A stretch of 64,000 nucleotides of DNA, from the IMG/VR virus record IMGVR_UViG_3300008259_000237, positions 5,138 through 69,137 of that record; one strand, 5' to 3'. The position numbers and the translations under genes were made by a program. The notes beneath the pieces were generated by a model, which was not told where the DNA came from, did not search any database, and saw only the letters and a list, made by a program, of their open reading frames with translations. The stretch is from a virus. How positions within the stretch are numbered: position 1 is the stretch's first letter; the number at the start of each line of letters is the position of its first letter. Shown piece after piece: positions 9,398-20,000 of this stretch.

Positions 9398-12390
9398 TAA
9401 CTACAAATTATATTAAAATTAATTCCAACCCCAATTTTAAGGACTAGTCCACCTCCCTGAATTGAGCATATATTATTATATATTACCACAGAATCATTTT
9501 GAAAATAATAACCATAACCATAATTAGATAAAGAGGTGAGTGCGGAATCTAATCCATTTAACCATTCTGTATTAGAAGGATAACTAAGTCCATTAAACGT
9601 ATACCCAACCCCATTATAAAATGGGTACTGTATAAGTTGTTGCCCATTTATTTTAATATCCACATACCATGTTGAGCTTATACTTGTGTCTAAACATTGG
9701 TTGAAATCCAAGTTATTATTATTTAAATATGTATTTACTATGTTACCTAAAATTGCGTCAAAACTTGTAACATTATTAGTGAAAGGATAAACACTACAAG
9801 TTGCGGTTTGAACTGGACAATCGTTTGAGTATAAGTTATCGGTTGCAACACAAGGTTTACATGGTATTGGTACTAGCTGGCATCCGGCTTGTCTTCTCCA
9901 AACAAATTTTTGTCTGTGAAATATTGAGTTTTCGTATCTAATACCAGTATTCCAAATGGTTGTTGCGGGTATCATTTGTTCAACTAATCTAATCCAATAG
10001 TCCCCCATACCCTGCACATAATCCATCATACTCTGATAATTAAAATTATTGCTATCGACTCCCGCAATTTCTTCTGATTGAAGATATCTCCAATATATTG
10101 ACTCTAAGGTTGGATATGAGCCAAAAAATTGTCTATTTCTTACATTAATAGTATTTTTCCAAAATGTTTGAGCAAATTCAAAAAATGTTTTTTGTCTTGG
10201 TTGTGGATTAATTTCAGTCCAATCGACTCCATCTCTGTCAGGATACATAGAGTACGGATGCGGGTTACATTTAGTTGGTTTTACCCAATTTAAACCCTGA
10301 TTAGGTATTGGGAAATTATACTGTTGGGACATGTACCATACGTCATAGGCCAACCCTTGTCCAGGGTTCATAAATAAATCAATATTTTTAACGTTTAAAA
10401 CAAGTTTTTCGTTTTCAACGTAATAACTTGCATTTAAATTACCATCTAAATTTTGTCTTAACCCTACCTCATTATCTGTCCAACTTTTATTATTATCAGG
10501 AATCGGAGTTAAATCAAACCCCAAATTCATATATGGGAATTTTCTAAATCTGTTTAAATATTCTTGACCGTAGGTATATGGTATTAAACTTGTTTGATAG
10601 TTTGGATTATTTCCAGTAAAAACACTTAGTGTCGTATTTGTTTTTGCCGGAGACCTATGTTGTGGTGTGGACTCAAACCACCCACTACCTAATTGAAAGA
10701 AATACGATTCGGTGTCTTCAGGTGCCGATGGATAACCATCATCGTCTACGGGGTATGCGGATTTACCAATATTTACATCATCAATTACATAAGTCGCAGT
10801 ATATCCTGTGTAAGGAACTCCAAATATTGTATATATATTTGTAGGGTCTAATACTGATGTACTCTGTATATATGTACCTCCTGATATGTTTGCAAACTTG
10901 GTTTCGAACTGACTTAATTTTATTTTTTGGTCAGCAACATAAACAAATTCGTTAAAATCAACTAAAGCATCCGGAGCACCTATTAATCTCATTAGTACTT
11001 CTATCGCTTTTCTTGTACCTTTAGACTTAAACAAAAACGCGGCGTTCAAACACAAATTTCTGTAGTATTGGTAATTTAGTTCCGCCGGTGTTTCTGGAGT
11101 TGCGACTCCAGTAAAATTAGATGATTCACTATTTTTTTGTCCAAAAACCGCATCCAAAAATCCTGACTCAGTTATTGGGGATATATCAGTATTAAATCCT
11201 AATGTTTTTGCTAAATTTTTCAGTAATTGTGAGGGTATGTCATTACCCACATTATAATTTACCGAATTCATGTAAGCTAATGCACTTATATATTTTTTTG
11301 TGTCGTCAAAACTTCTTCCATATATCTGTAAAGTTTTTTCAACCTTTTGCCCTATTGTGTCAAAATCTTTTATCGCACCAGTAATTAAAAATCTACTAAT
11401 TAAATTCGATACATATTCATCAAAAAACGCTGAGACCTCATCTATTTTTAATAAGTAATTTGTAAAAAGTTGTGTCCTAATATCCAAATTCCACCTACCG
11501 TCTTTAGACCAAGTAACATTTTGAGTCGTTAGTTGATAAGTACCGTCATTCTTTTCTTGCGGTACTTGGAATTTTGCAGTGTAGATAGGTGAGGTATCTC
11601 TACTTAAAAGAAACTTTTCAACCTCATCTAAATCTTCACTGAAAACCTTACTAACTTCTTGGTCATTAGGTCTAATTATTAAAGTTTCTCTAGTTTCATT
11701 AAGACCTGAAAATGGGTTTCCCTCAAAATAAATTTTCAAAGAACCTGAAGTTAAACTATCTGTGGGGATAATCCTTGTTATTGAATATCCTTGATTCTTA
11801 TAATATACAGAATATTTAGCGTATTCAACTGTCATGTTTCTCAATGGAGAAACTTTTATTTCTTTAAGTTGTAAATTTCTAGTTGAATTAACTGTAAAAT
11901 CAATTTCAAAAGGATTTCTTATTTTTGAAATGTTTATCTCAAAACTAGTTTGGTCTGATTCGGGATAGTAGGTTATGTTTATTGCGGTTGGAGTTTTAGA
12001 ATAATCTTTACCTAACTCATTTATTTCAATACCCGCCGGAAACTTACTAATAATTGATGTTATGGAAACGGACATCCTTTTAACCATCGACCCAAATTGT
12101 ACAAAATTTGTAACCTGTGATAAATCAAAATTTGGATATACTTTAAAATTGTTTTCAAAAATCGCTTTAGATTGGGATATACTACTTACCCCTAGTGAGT
12201 TCAAACTTATTGGGTCTGAAAAAGCACCGGTATTAAACTCTCTATTAACTTTCTCAACAACACCTGTTGTAAACTCAAAATTACCTTGCGTAAGTCCCCC
12301 ACCTGACGTGAGTTGGAATCCAACTAAGTTGTCAGAAAAACTTCCTTGTGCGGACGCTTGTGGTGGGCAGGTAAATTTTTTTATTGCCAT
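9397..12390 (-). CDS. Baseplate wedge protein (T4 gp7 / P2 gpI-like core)
   Basis: LLKNLAKTLGF ... FKSKGTRKAIEVLMRLIG resembles the KGT helical motif of gp7/gpI-type wedge proteins; baseplate gene context. Confidence 0.6.
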   Translation of the reverse strand: MAIKKFTCPPQASAQGSFSDNLVGFQLTSGGGLTQGNFEFTTGVVEKVNREFNTGAFSDPISLNSLGVSSISQSKAIFENNFKVYPNFDLSQVTNFVQFGSMVKRMSVSITSIISKFPAGIEINELGKDYSKTPTAINITYYPESDQTSFEINISKIRNPFEIDFTVNSTRNLQLKEIKVSPLRNMTVEYAKYSVYYKNQGYSITRIIPTDSLTSGSLKIYFEGNPFSGLNETRETLIIRPNDQEVSKVFSEDLDEVEKFLLSRDTSPIYTAKFQVPQEKNDGTYQLTTQNVTWSKDGRWNLDIRTQLFTNYLLKIDEVSAFFDEYVSNLISRFLITGAIKDFDTIGQKVEKTLQIYGRSFDDTKKYISALAYMNSVNYNVGNDIPSQLLKNLAKTLGFNTDISPITESGFLDAVFGQKNSESSNFTGVATPETPAELNYQYYRNLCLNAAFLFKSKGTRKAIEVLMRLIGAPDALVDFNEFVYVADQKIKLSQFETKFANISGGTYIQSTSVLDPTNIYTIFGVPYTGYTATYVIDDVNIGKSAYPVDDDGYPSAPEDTESYFFQLGSGWFESTPQHRSPAKTNTTLSVFTGNNPNYQTSLIPYTYGQEYLNRFRKFPYMNLGFDLTPIPDNNKSWTDNEVGLRQNLDGNLNASYYVENEKLVLNVKNIDLFMNPGQGLAYDVWYMSQQYNFPIPNQGLNWVKPTKCNPHPYSMYPDRDGVDWTEINPQPRQKTFFEFAQTFWKNTINVRNRQFFGSYPTLESIYWRYLQSEEIAGVDSNNFNYQSMMDYVQGMGDYWIRLVEQMIPATTIWNTGIRYENSIFHRQKFVWRRQAGCQLVPIPCKPCVATDNLYSNDCPVQTATCSVYPFTNNVTSFDAILGNIVNTYLNNNNLDFNQCLDTSISSTWYVDIKINGQQLIQYPFYNGVGYTFNGLSYPSNTEWLNGLDSALTSLSNYGYGYYFQNDSVVIYNNICSIQGGGLVLKIGVGINFNIICS

Positions 12391-13298
12391 TAAGAAGTTA
12401 TATTTGTAAAGCTTTTACTGAAGTCAATATTACTTCCTCTATTTTCACGAACCTCAAACAACAGTTCATTAAACTGATTTTTAATTTCGTAAAGATTGTA
12501 TTGTTTATAGATATTGTTATCTTCATCGTAAATTGTGTAGATACCGTCATCAATAGATTTGGTTTGATTTCCGTAAAGTGCGTACGCTAATGTTGAAAAG
12601 TCATGTTCAGCAATCTCAATATCTAAAGTGATTGGATTGAAGAATGTATTTGATATAATAATATTCTGGTTTGGTTGTCCGATATACGGTGTGGCGTTTG
12701 GTTTATTCGTTGGTGATGTTGATGGTGTTAAAGTACAGAAAATTAAATTTGTATTATTTTCGGTATACCTATATCTGACCGCCTTTTGTGATGTGTTTGT
12801 AAGATTTTGTATTACGGGTTCGCAATAGAATGAAGATGTTATTATTCTAAAAAAATTAGGTATTTTAGTTCCGTCAGGATTAAGATATTCGACTCTAAAT
12901 CCAACTAAACCTTGGTTAACAAATTTATTTCTATATTGTGATGGTACTGCGTTTAAATCAATGACCAAACCTCTTACTGTTGGTAAAGCGGATAAAACAC
13001 CACAATCAAGAATTGTTGTTCTTATCTGTGCAGGTCTTATAAAAATAGTATATATCCCTAAATTATTAAATGTGTCGGCAGGTAATTTTAGATTATATAA
13101 ACCACCCAAAACTTCAATACCTGCGTTACCGCCAGTACTGTCGTTACAAAAATATGGTTTCAAAACTGCGGTTGAGTCCAATTTGGTTAATAAAAAATTA
13201 TCGGTATCATCTCTCGATGGTGTATAGTTAAGAATAATCTCAACATCTTCTGGACTTACATCTGCCGGTCTTATAGTTCCATATGTTCCTGTTGCCAT
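12390..13298 (-). CDS. Hypothetical virion structural protein
   Basis: 302-aa ORF in the structural operon, with a TATTTATC motif upstream. Confidence 0.55.
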   Translation of the reverse strand: MATGTYGTIRPADVSPEDVEIILNYTPSRDDTDNFLLTKLDSTAVLKPYFCNDSTGGNAGIEVLGGLYNLKLPADTFNNLGIYTIFIRPAQIRTTILDCGVLSALPTVRGLVIDLNAVPSQYRNKFVNQGLVGFRVEYLNPDGTKIPNFFRIITSSFYCEPVIQNLTNTSQKAVRYRYTENNTNLIFCTLTPSTSPTNKPNATPYIGQPNQNIIISNTFFNPITLDIEIAEHDFSTLAYALYGNQTKSIDDGIYTIYDEDNNIYKQYNLYEIKNQFNELLFEVRENRGSNIDFSKSFTNITS

Positions 13299-13343
13299 AT
13301 TTTAAAATTTTAATCCTTATTGATAAATATAAAAGTGTCTATT

Positions 13344-14501
13344 TTATGTACTTCTTATGGTGAAATACTTGTACCCATAATTTTTCAAATCTCCAAATGT
13401 TGCAACTTCACCCAATCTCTCAATTTGTTCTAACGCAGTGTTTTTCCCTCGTTCTATAAAGACATTGGATTGAATCATACCTTCGTTAATGACATTCATT
13501 AAAACTTCGTTTTTAGTAATGGCTGAACAAGTATTATCTATAGAACATCCCGATGAATACACTTGAAATGTTGTAACTCCATTTGGATAATCTCGGTATT
13601 CAATGTCGTTTATAGTATATGCGGTATACCCTTCTATTGTTGATACTCCTTTGAAGACACCCACAGAGCCAGACGCTCCGCTTACTTTTTGGTCAATTCT
13701 GTATTTTACAGGTCCATAAAGTTCTACATCACTTAATGATGATTTTGTAAATCCTGATACGATAAAGGGAATTGTTGTAAAATCGCAACATGGTTGAGAT
13801 ACATCACACAACATTTCATCATAGTGATAAATGTAATCGTATGAAATTGGTGTTGCCGACCAATTACCACCTGCCGGTACGAAAAACGCCTCTCCATTTG
13901 GGTCTAATATTGTTGTTGTAGTTGCCGGAAGATATACATCTTTTTTTACTATGTTATAACCCCAAGGACTTAATCCTGACATAGATATGGTAAATTTACC
14001 ATCAAAAGAGTAAGTATGACTATATGGTGTTGGTGCGACAGAGTTCACCGTTTGTATCGGAGTTCCGTCTCCCCAATCTATAATATAATCTGAAAACTTT
14101 AAATATTTTTTAAATTCTTTATCAGATGTATTATAAAAATTAACCTGGTATGGGTTTGCGGTTGTTTGTTCAAAAAGAAAATTCATCATGGTATCCTGTT
14201 GTGTGACAAACCCATCAAAAACATTGTAATACCCTATATCAACAGTATTCTCAGTTAAGAAAATTGGTATTGTAATATCTAACAAGGACTGCCCATTGGG
14301 GCCGCCTGTTATAATCTCAGTCATTGATGAATACACATATGTAACCCCTGTTGTTAAACCTGTTAATGGTGGTGGTATTATGTCACAACATGGGTCTTGG
14401 GATTGGGGAACAGAATAATCTCCATCAATATAAGTTACCTCAAATAGTTTGTTTTTTATAACTTCAGGCGAAATTCTTATGGAATAAATTCTATTTTGCA
14501 T
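13344..14501 (-). CDS. PKD-domain structural protein
   Basis: IIDWGDGT...SHTYSFDGKFTISM matches the PKD signature. Confidence 0.6.
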   Translation of the reverse strand: MQNRIYSIRISPEVIKNKLFEVTYIDGDYSVPQSQDPCCDIIPPPLTGLTTGVTYVYSSMTEIITGGPNGQSLLDITIPIFLTENTVDIGYYNVFDGFVTQQDTMMNFLFEQTTANPYQVNFYNTSDKEFKKYLKFSDYIIDWGDGTPIQTVNSVAPTPYSHTYSFDGKFTISMSGLSPWGYNIVKKDVYLPATTTTILDPNGEAFFVPAGGNWSATPISYDYIYHYDEMLCDVSQPCCDFTTIPFIVSGFTKSSLSDVELYGPVKYRIDQKVSGASGSVGVFKGVSTIEGYTAYTINDIEYRDYPNGVTTFQVYSSGCSIDNTCSAITKNEVLMNVINEGMIQSNVFIERGKNTALEQIERLGEVATFGDLKNYGYKYFTIRST

Positions 14502-15283
14502 TATGATGGGTCAATATATTCATACCAGTTTATTTCACTTCCTAATCCAATTCTATTATCATTAGAATCAAAAATTTCGTATGTGTAATTTGTATAATCT
14601 AAAAAAACTTTATAATAAAAATATTTTGAAGCATCGAATGATGTGGGGTTAGGTAACGAAGTAGGATTAGCATTCATCATTCTAACAAACACTCCATTTT
14701 TTGCATCGAAGAATTTGGCACTCATATAAAAAGTATCAAGATTTAAGAACTTTTTATCTCTCATCCAATACCAAAAAAATCCTTCTCTATTTTTGACATA
14801 ATCTAAAATAAATTCAGGTCGTTCAACTAAAACTTGGGGTAAATACGGACTAATAGTCACCAAATCTTCTTCACCTGTTTGTATAGGTAATATAACCGTA
14901 AACTGAATTGACTGTGTAATCGTGTCATTTGTATTGTAAAAATCTAACTTAAAAAATGACCTTTCAAAACTATTACTTATGTAGTAATTTTCGTCTATGG
15001 TAAATCCAGCGGCTTCGTAATTATTTTCCCAGTTGGATGTTATATTGCTATAAAAATAAAATTTATAATTAATTCTAGTTTGTTCATCATTACCATATGG
15101 TTTATGAGCAAATCTTAAAATTTCAAAATCCTTTGCAATACCGATGGCTTCTTTTATTGCGGTTTCTTCCCATATTTCAATACTGTCTTCTTGTCCGGCA
15201 AAATCCCATTTTATTTCGAATGGTAAATCAACAGATTTAGTTCCAACAGGGAATTTAAAATAATATTTATTATTCACATCCAT
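14501..15283 (-). CDS. Hypothetical structural protein
   Basis: 260-aa aromatic-rich ORF overlapping both neighbours. Confidence 0.55.
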   Translation of the reverse strand: MDVNNKYYFKFPVGTKSVDLPFEIKWDFAGQEDSIEIWEETAIKEAIGIAKDFEILRFAHKPYGNDEQTRINYKFYFYSNITSNWENNYEAAGFTIDENYYISNSFERSFFKLDFYNTNDTITQSIQFTVILPIQTGEEDLVTISPYLPQVLVERPEFILDYVKNREGFFWYWMRDKKFLNLDTFYMSAKFFDAKNGVFVRMMNANPTSLPNPTSFDASKYFYYKVFLDYTNYTYEIFDSNDNRIGLGSEINWYEYIDPS

Positions 15284-17072
15284 CTATAGTCATAGTTTGT
15301 ACCGTAGCATTATTATTAGTGTACTCTTTATAATTACTTCCTTCGGGTATTATCCTAAAAATTATATTTTTAAACGGATGGTGTTTTCCATTCATGAAAG
15401 GCCAGTCAACTCCGTTTCCATCAGCATCAATATATCCGTATGGGTATTTATCTCTCCATATGAATACATCTCTATTTTCTGAATAGTAAGCCCAATCTGG
15501 AACTCCTGCAGTATTTCTTGCACTACCTTCCTCTAAATAATCTGAGAAAGTAGCAATATCGACAGCGAAATGTGGTTGATAAAAATATCCAAATGGATTA
15601 GTTGTAGTCCCTAATGAAATATTAAAAACACTTTCATTAAATCTTATTTTATGATAATAAGTTGATAGTTCAGTTTCAATTTGTTCGTAATCATTCCATT
15701 CACATAAATCACCATCTATCATTGTTCCTATTGTTGGTTGTTCGGTATATATGAAAGTTTTACCTCCATTTGTATATGTGTTAGTTGGTAACCCAGTGTC
15801 AGAATCTGTATTTGAATTTTCCCACCAGTTTTGTGGTTGGGTTCCCGTTAAAAGCTCAACTAGTTGCAAATTAAAATCCCAACCTTGTTTTAGAGATTTA
15901 GTCCAACCAAAATAACCTCTCCATATGAAAGTATAATAAAGTTTACTAATTGGTCTAGTTTGATTATCAACCAAATTAATCAAATCTATATCAGAATTTA
16001 GTGAAAAAGTGTAAGCCTGTCCTGATTCTTTTGTTGATGTTCTTGCAACTTGATTTGAAGTGTATGTCTCTCTTTCAAATCTAGAAATATTTTTAAATAC
16101 ATTTTGTTCGTAAGCCGCGTTAACAAGCACGGTTGAGTTAGGTTCGGTTAAGACCTTGTGTCTTCTTACATAATACTCTGATGTAGTTTCAGTTTGATTT
16201 GATTGTAATACTAATCTCTTAAATGTTGAAACGAGTCCATCTGATGCGCTCAAATATCCAGGATTTAATAAGTTTACCACATATTCATCGCTACCAACTG
16301 TTTTATTACCAAGAGAAAAAACCTGTAACACATCAGTACCATCAAAATTAAATGGTGATGTAAACTTAACAAATTCACCAACGGATAAATTGTGTTTAAT
16401 TGGACACCAAAGTTGTATAACTTTCATACCGTTAAATGTGGTTAATTTTGTAATAAATGGTATTCCATCAGAAACTCTCCAAGTTACAGAATAAGTCCCT
16501 AATCCAGGGACTTTAATTTGTGCGGATAAGTCTTGATTATAATCGTTTTCCGCAACATATGATATACAAACACTCCAGTTATATTTTGAGGCATCTTTTG
16601 GTTTAAAAATTAAATGATAAGGTGGTGTGGATGGGTCTATTGAAGCACTGTCTGAAGTTGTATAACCCGATAAATTATAATCCGTTCTTATAAAGTCAAA
16701 CTCGTTGTATTGGGGAAACCCGGCCCAATTAACACAATTCCCTAAACATTCTTGAGCTGCCGCATAGTCAGAGTTTGTATAGAATAAACTATTTTCAAAT
16801 GGTCTATAATTATTAGGACATCCAGACCCACAAACACCAGTATATGAATTACTAAATATTAATGAAATTTTTGAAACGGGTCTGAATAAAGTTGATGATT
16901 GTCTTTCATCGTCATAGACTTGTTGTAGATTAACATCCGCACTTCTATCAAATTCAATCCCGTTTTTTGATGATTGTATAAATGGGACTTTTAATCCTAT
17001 ATCAGTGTCCGGTGCCGACTGATATCTTAAAGAACCTAAAACTATTATTGTTTCATTATATATATTACTCAT
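15270..17072 (-). CDS. Hypothetical structural protein
   Basis: 600-aa ORF coupled (TGATG overlap) to the upstream 1789-aa gene. Confidence 0.55.
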   Translation of the reverse strand: MSNIYNETIIVLGSLRYQSAPDTDIGLKVPFIQSSKNGIEFDRSADVNLQQVYDDERQSSTLFRPVSKISLIFSNSYTGVCGSGCPNNYRPFENSLFYTNSDYAAAQECLGNCVNWAGFPQYNEFDFIRTDYNLSGYTTSDSASIDPSTPPYHLIFKPKDASKYNWSVCISYVAENDYNQDLSAQIKVPGLGTYSVTWRVSDGIPFITKLTTFNGMKVIQLWCPIKHNLSVGEFVKFTSPFNFDGTDVLQVFSLGNKTVGSDEYVVNLLNPGYLSASDGLVSTFKRLVLQSNQTETTSEYYVRRHKVLTEPNSTVLVNAAYEQNVFKNISRFERETYTSNQVARTSTKESGQAYTFSLNSDIDLINLVDNQTRPISKLYYTFIWRGYFGWTKSLKQGWDFNLQLVELLTGTQPQNWWENSNTDSDTGLPTNTYTNGGKTFIYTEQPTIGTMIDGDLCEWNDYEQIETELSTYYHKIRFNESVFNISLGTTTNPFGYFYQPHFAVDIATFSDYLEEGSARNTAGVPDWAYYSENRDVFIWRDKYPYGYIDADGNGVDWPFMNGKHHPFKNIIFRIIPEGSNYKEYTNNNATVQTMTIDGCE

Positions 17073-20000
17073 CAGAATGTGTTTGTATCTTTTTTAACCC
17101 ATTTAGTTAAGAATCTATCAAATGCCGAAGACCCTTTAATCAAACCAAAATAGAAGTAATATGGTGCGGTGTTATTAACGATTCTATCCGGAAGTGATGG
17201 CTTTGTTGGTCCTTCGGTGCCCATAGCACCTTGAGCGGCTTCATTAACATTACCTAACGTGTTATGTATAAAACCTTTGTAATAAGATTCATTATCCGTT
17301 TGACGCGGTATCATGGTTCTAGAACCAAATGGAGCACTAATATCATCTCTATATATACTTTGATAATTAATGTTGTTGAATTGTCCTGATATTATAGTTG
17401 TATACCATTCGTTTTTTTGGTCTCCGAATATACTATCATTTGCGGCCCCGCCTGTGTTTTGTTTTATTTGCCACAAATACATAGGTATTTTTTGTGAGAA
17501 TATTGGAAATTCGTCAAAAGTACATGGGAAGGATGGGTTACCTCCTGGAGTTACAATTGTTCTTTTAGGTGATAACCAATCTCTAATCTGATTGTTAGCA
17601 TTAAAGAATATTCCAAAAACACTACCGTCTTGGTCTCCTCTACCGAAGTATATATCACTAGGGTCGGTATATACCCCAGTATCAAATGGTACGACACCAA
17701 TTTGTGAATTTATCGCAATCATTTGAGCGTAATCACCATCAACTTTACTGTTATCCCTACTGAAAAATCTTCTGACCGCGTCTCTATTTGAACCTCCCTT
17801 AGCCGTATTTTTGATAATACTTCTAATACCTTGGGAAACTATTCTTTGTACTATAAATAGGTTTAATACTTCATCAACCTCTTGAAATGAAGTTGAATCC
17901 AATCTATTTACAACATAACCTAAAAAATCCTCACTATTGGATAATTCATCCATGTAATCATTCACAGGACCTAAATCCATTATAGTTGTTGGATTACCTA
18001 AAAGTCTTTGATTACCTTTAAAACCCATACCTTCTCTACCAATGAATCCCTGTACAGAGTTATAAGGTGCTGACCTATAATAAAAATTATTAGTTTTTAA
18101 ATCAAAATACACCAAGTGTTTACAAAAACACGAATATGCTTGATTTGGTCCTAAAATGTTTGGGTTGTTAGGGTCATTACCTGGACTCGTATACCTTGTT
18201 TGTGTTTGTATAGGGTAGAAAAATAAAGTTCCATTTACCCACTGATTTGTAAACATATGTCCCCAAACATTTCTACAAGCTGCAAATGAAATTCTTAGTC
18301 GTAATAACCATTCGTTCATTAGGTACTTATCAACTTTTCTAGATTTCCAAGGGTCAGTAATCAATGTATAACAACCATATTGCATGTAATTTTCACCATT
18401 ACAATCTTTACATTTTGTTTTTCTATCATCATTACAACAATTATTTGTGTAGCATTTGTCACCTGGTGGTTTTATCGTAACCGCACCTGTTAAACTATTA
18501 ACCTCATAACATTCTAAGGGTACAAAACCTTCACAAGAAAAACTACTAGCAATTGCACCTATAGAACCATAACCACCTATTTCTGTCTGATTATCTTGAT
18601 TATCACCGGCATTTATAGATGGTGAAGGGGGATTGTACGATGGTCCTTCTCCTTCGGGTCTTAGTATATTCAGATTAAAAAATGGATTACTAAATCCAAT
18701 CATTGAGTTTGTATTTCCGGCTAGCACCACTGGTGTGGTTCCTCCTAATGAACCATTTGGATTCGTATTATTAGGTATATCTGATGTTGGTAATCTGTCA
18801 GACCTCATAACTAATTGTCGACCGCTAGGTCCACTATTAATTTCTAAACCTGTGGTAATATTATATTTTTGACCAAAATATAAATGTTGCGGCATACCAT
18901 ACGGTATAGAGTTAGATACGGTACCGCAACTATCAATTAGTACTAAAGGAACCCCAACCCACGCATTTTCATCCCATGTAAAAGCATTAGTCGAGCTAGG
19001 TATATGTAAAATAGTTCCACCTTCAACAACTTCATTTCTAAAGTAACCCCTATTTCTACCGTTTGTGGTTGTATTTAATTCATTTTCATCCAAATTTACC
19101 GTAATAGGTGGTGTTGGGACATTGTCATAAAATGATAAATTAGGTCCTCCTGGTAATCCATTAGTAAACGAATACCATAGTTCTCTACAATAGTCATTAT
19201 CTCTGTTAATTGTAAGTACATCTAAATCCGTAGATGCGGGGAAGAATGTTGATGAATCCGTAAGTTCATAAGCATCAGATGGTGCCCCACCAGGATTAGT
19301 CGCATCTAATGAAGAATAATTAAAAGGTTTTTGACTATAAAACGATTGAAACTGCGTAGGGTCAGGTATGAAATTAAATGTGTCGTGATATAAATAATTG
19401 TTACTATAAGAATCTATATCAGAAGATGATGACAAATTATGTTTGGTTGTCCTTAATGTTGGTTGTATTGGTATATTTAAATAGGCCATAAATTCAACTG
19501 AACGAGAGGCATTAAAAGAAGGTCCGGAAGTACTTAGAGTGTCTCCAAATAAAGCCGAAAGGTCGTATCTTGATTTAACTCTGGTTGAGTGAGGGTCAAC
19601 TCCTCTAACACAAAAAACAACTCTATAATTATTGTAGTTACTAATCACACTTTGGGGATATTTTATAGTGGATGTTTGGTCATCTAAAAGTATACAACTA
19701 CCATCAGGTGTACTCATAGAACATAGAGTTGGGTCAAAAAATGATGCAGGTGTAAAATTACCATCATACTCATTAGTTACTATGTGCATACCTCCATTTA
19801 GGTATCTAGTTGCAAAACAATTTGGATTACTTGAGTTTGAGGATGCAATAAATGAGCCAACTGTTCCTGTATAAATTACTTGTAAGTATTCCTCGTCAAA
19901 ACCAAATCTTTGTGTTTTCCAATCATCATCTGAGACAAAAAATTCATATGTTGCACTTTTAGTTACCAATTCAACATCGCCACTTTGTGCGGCGTAGTTT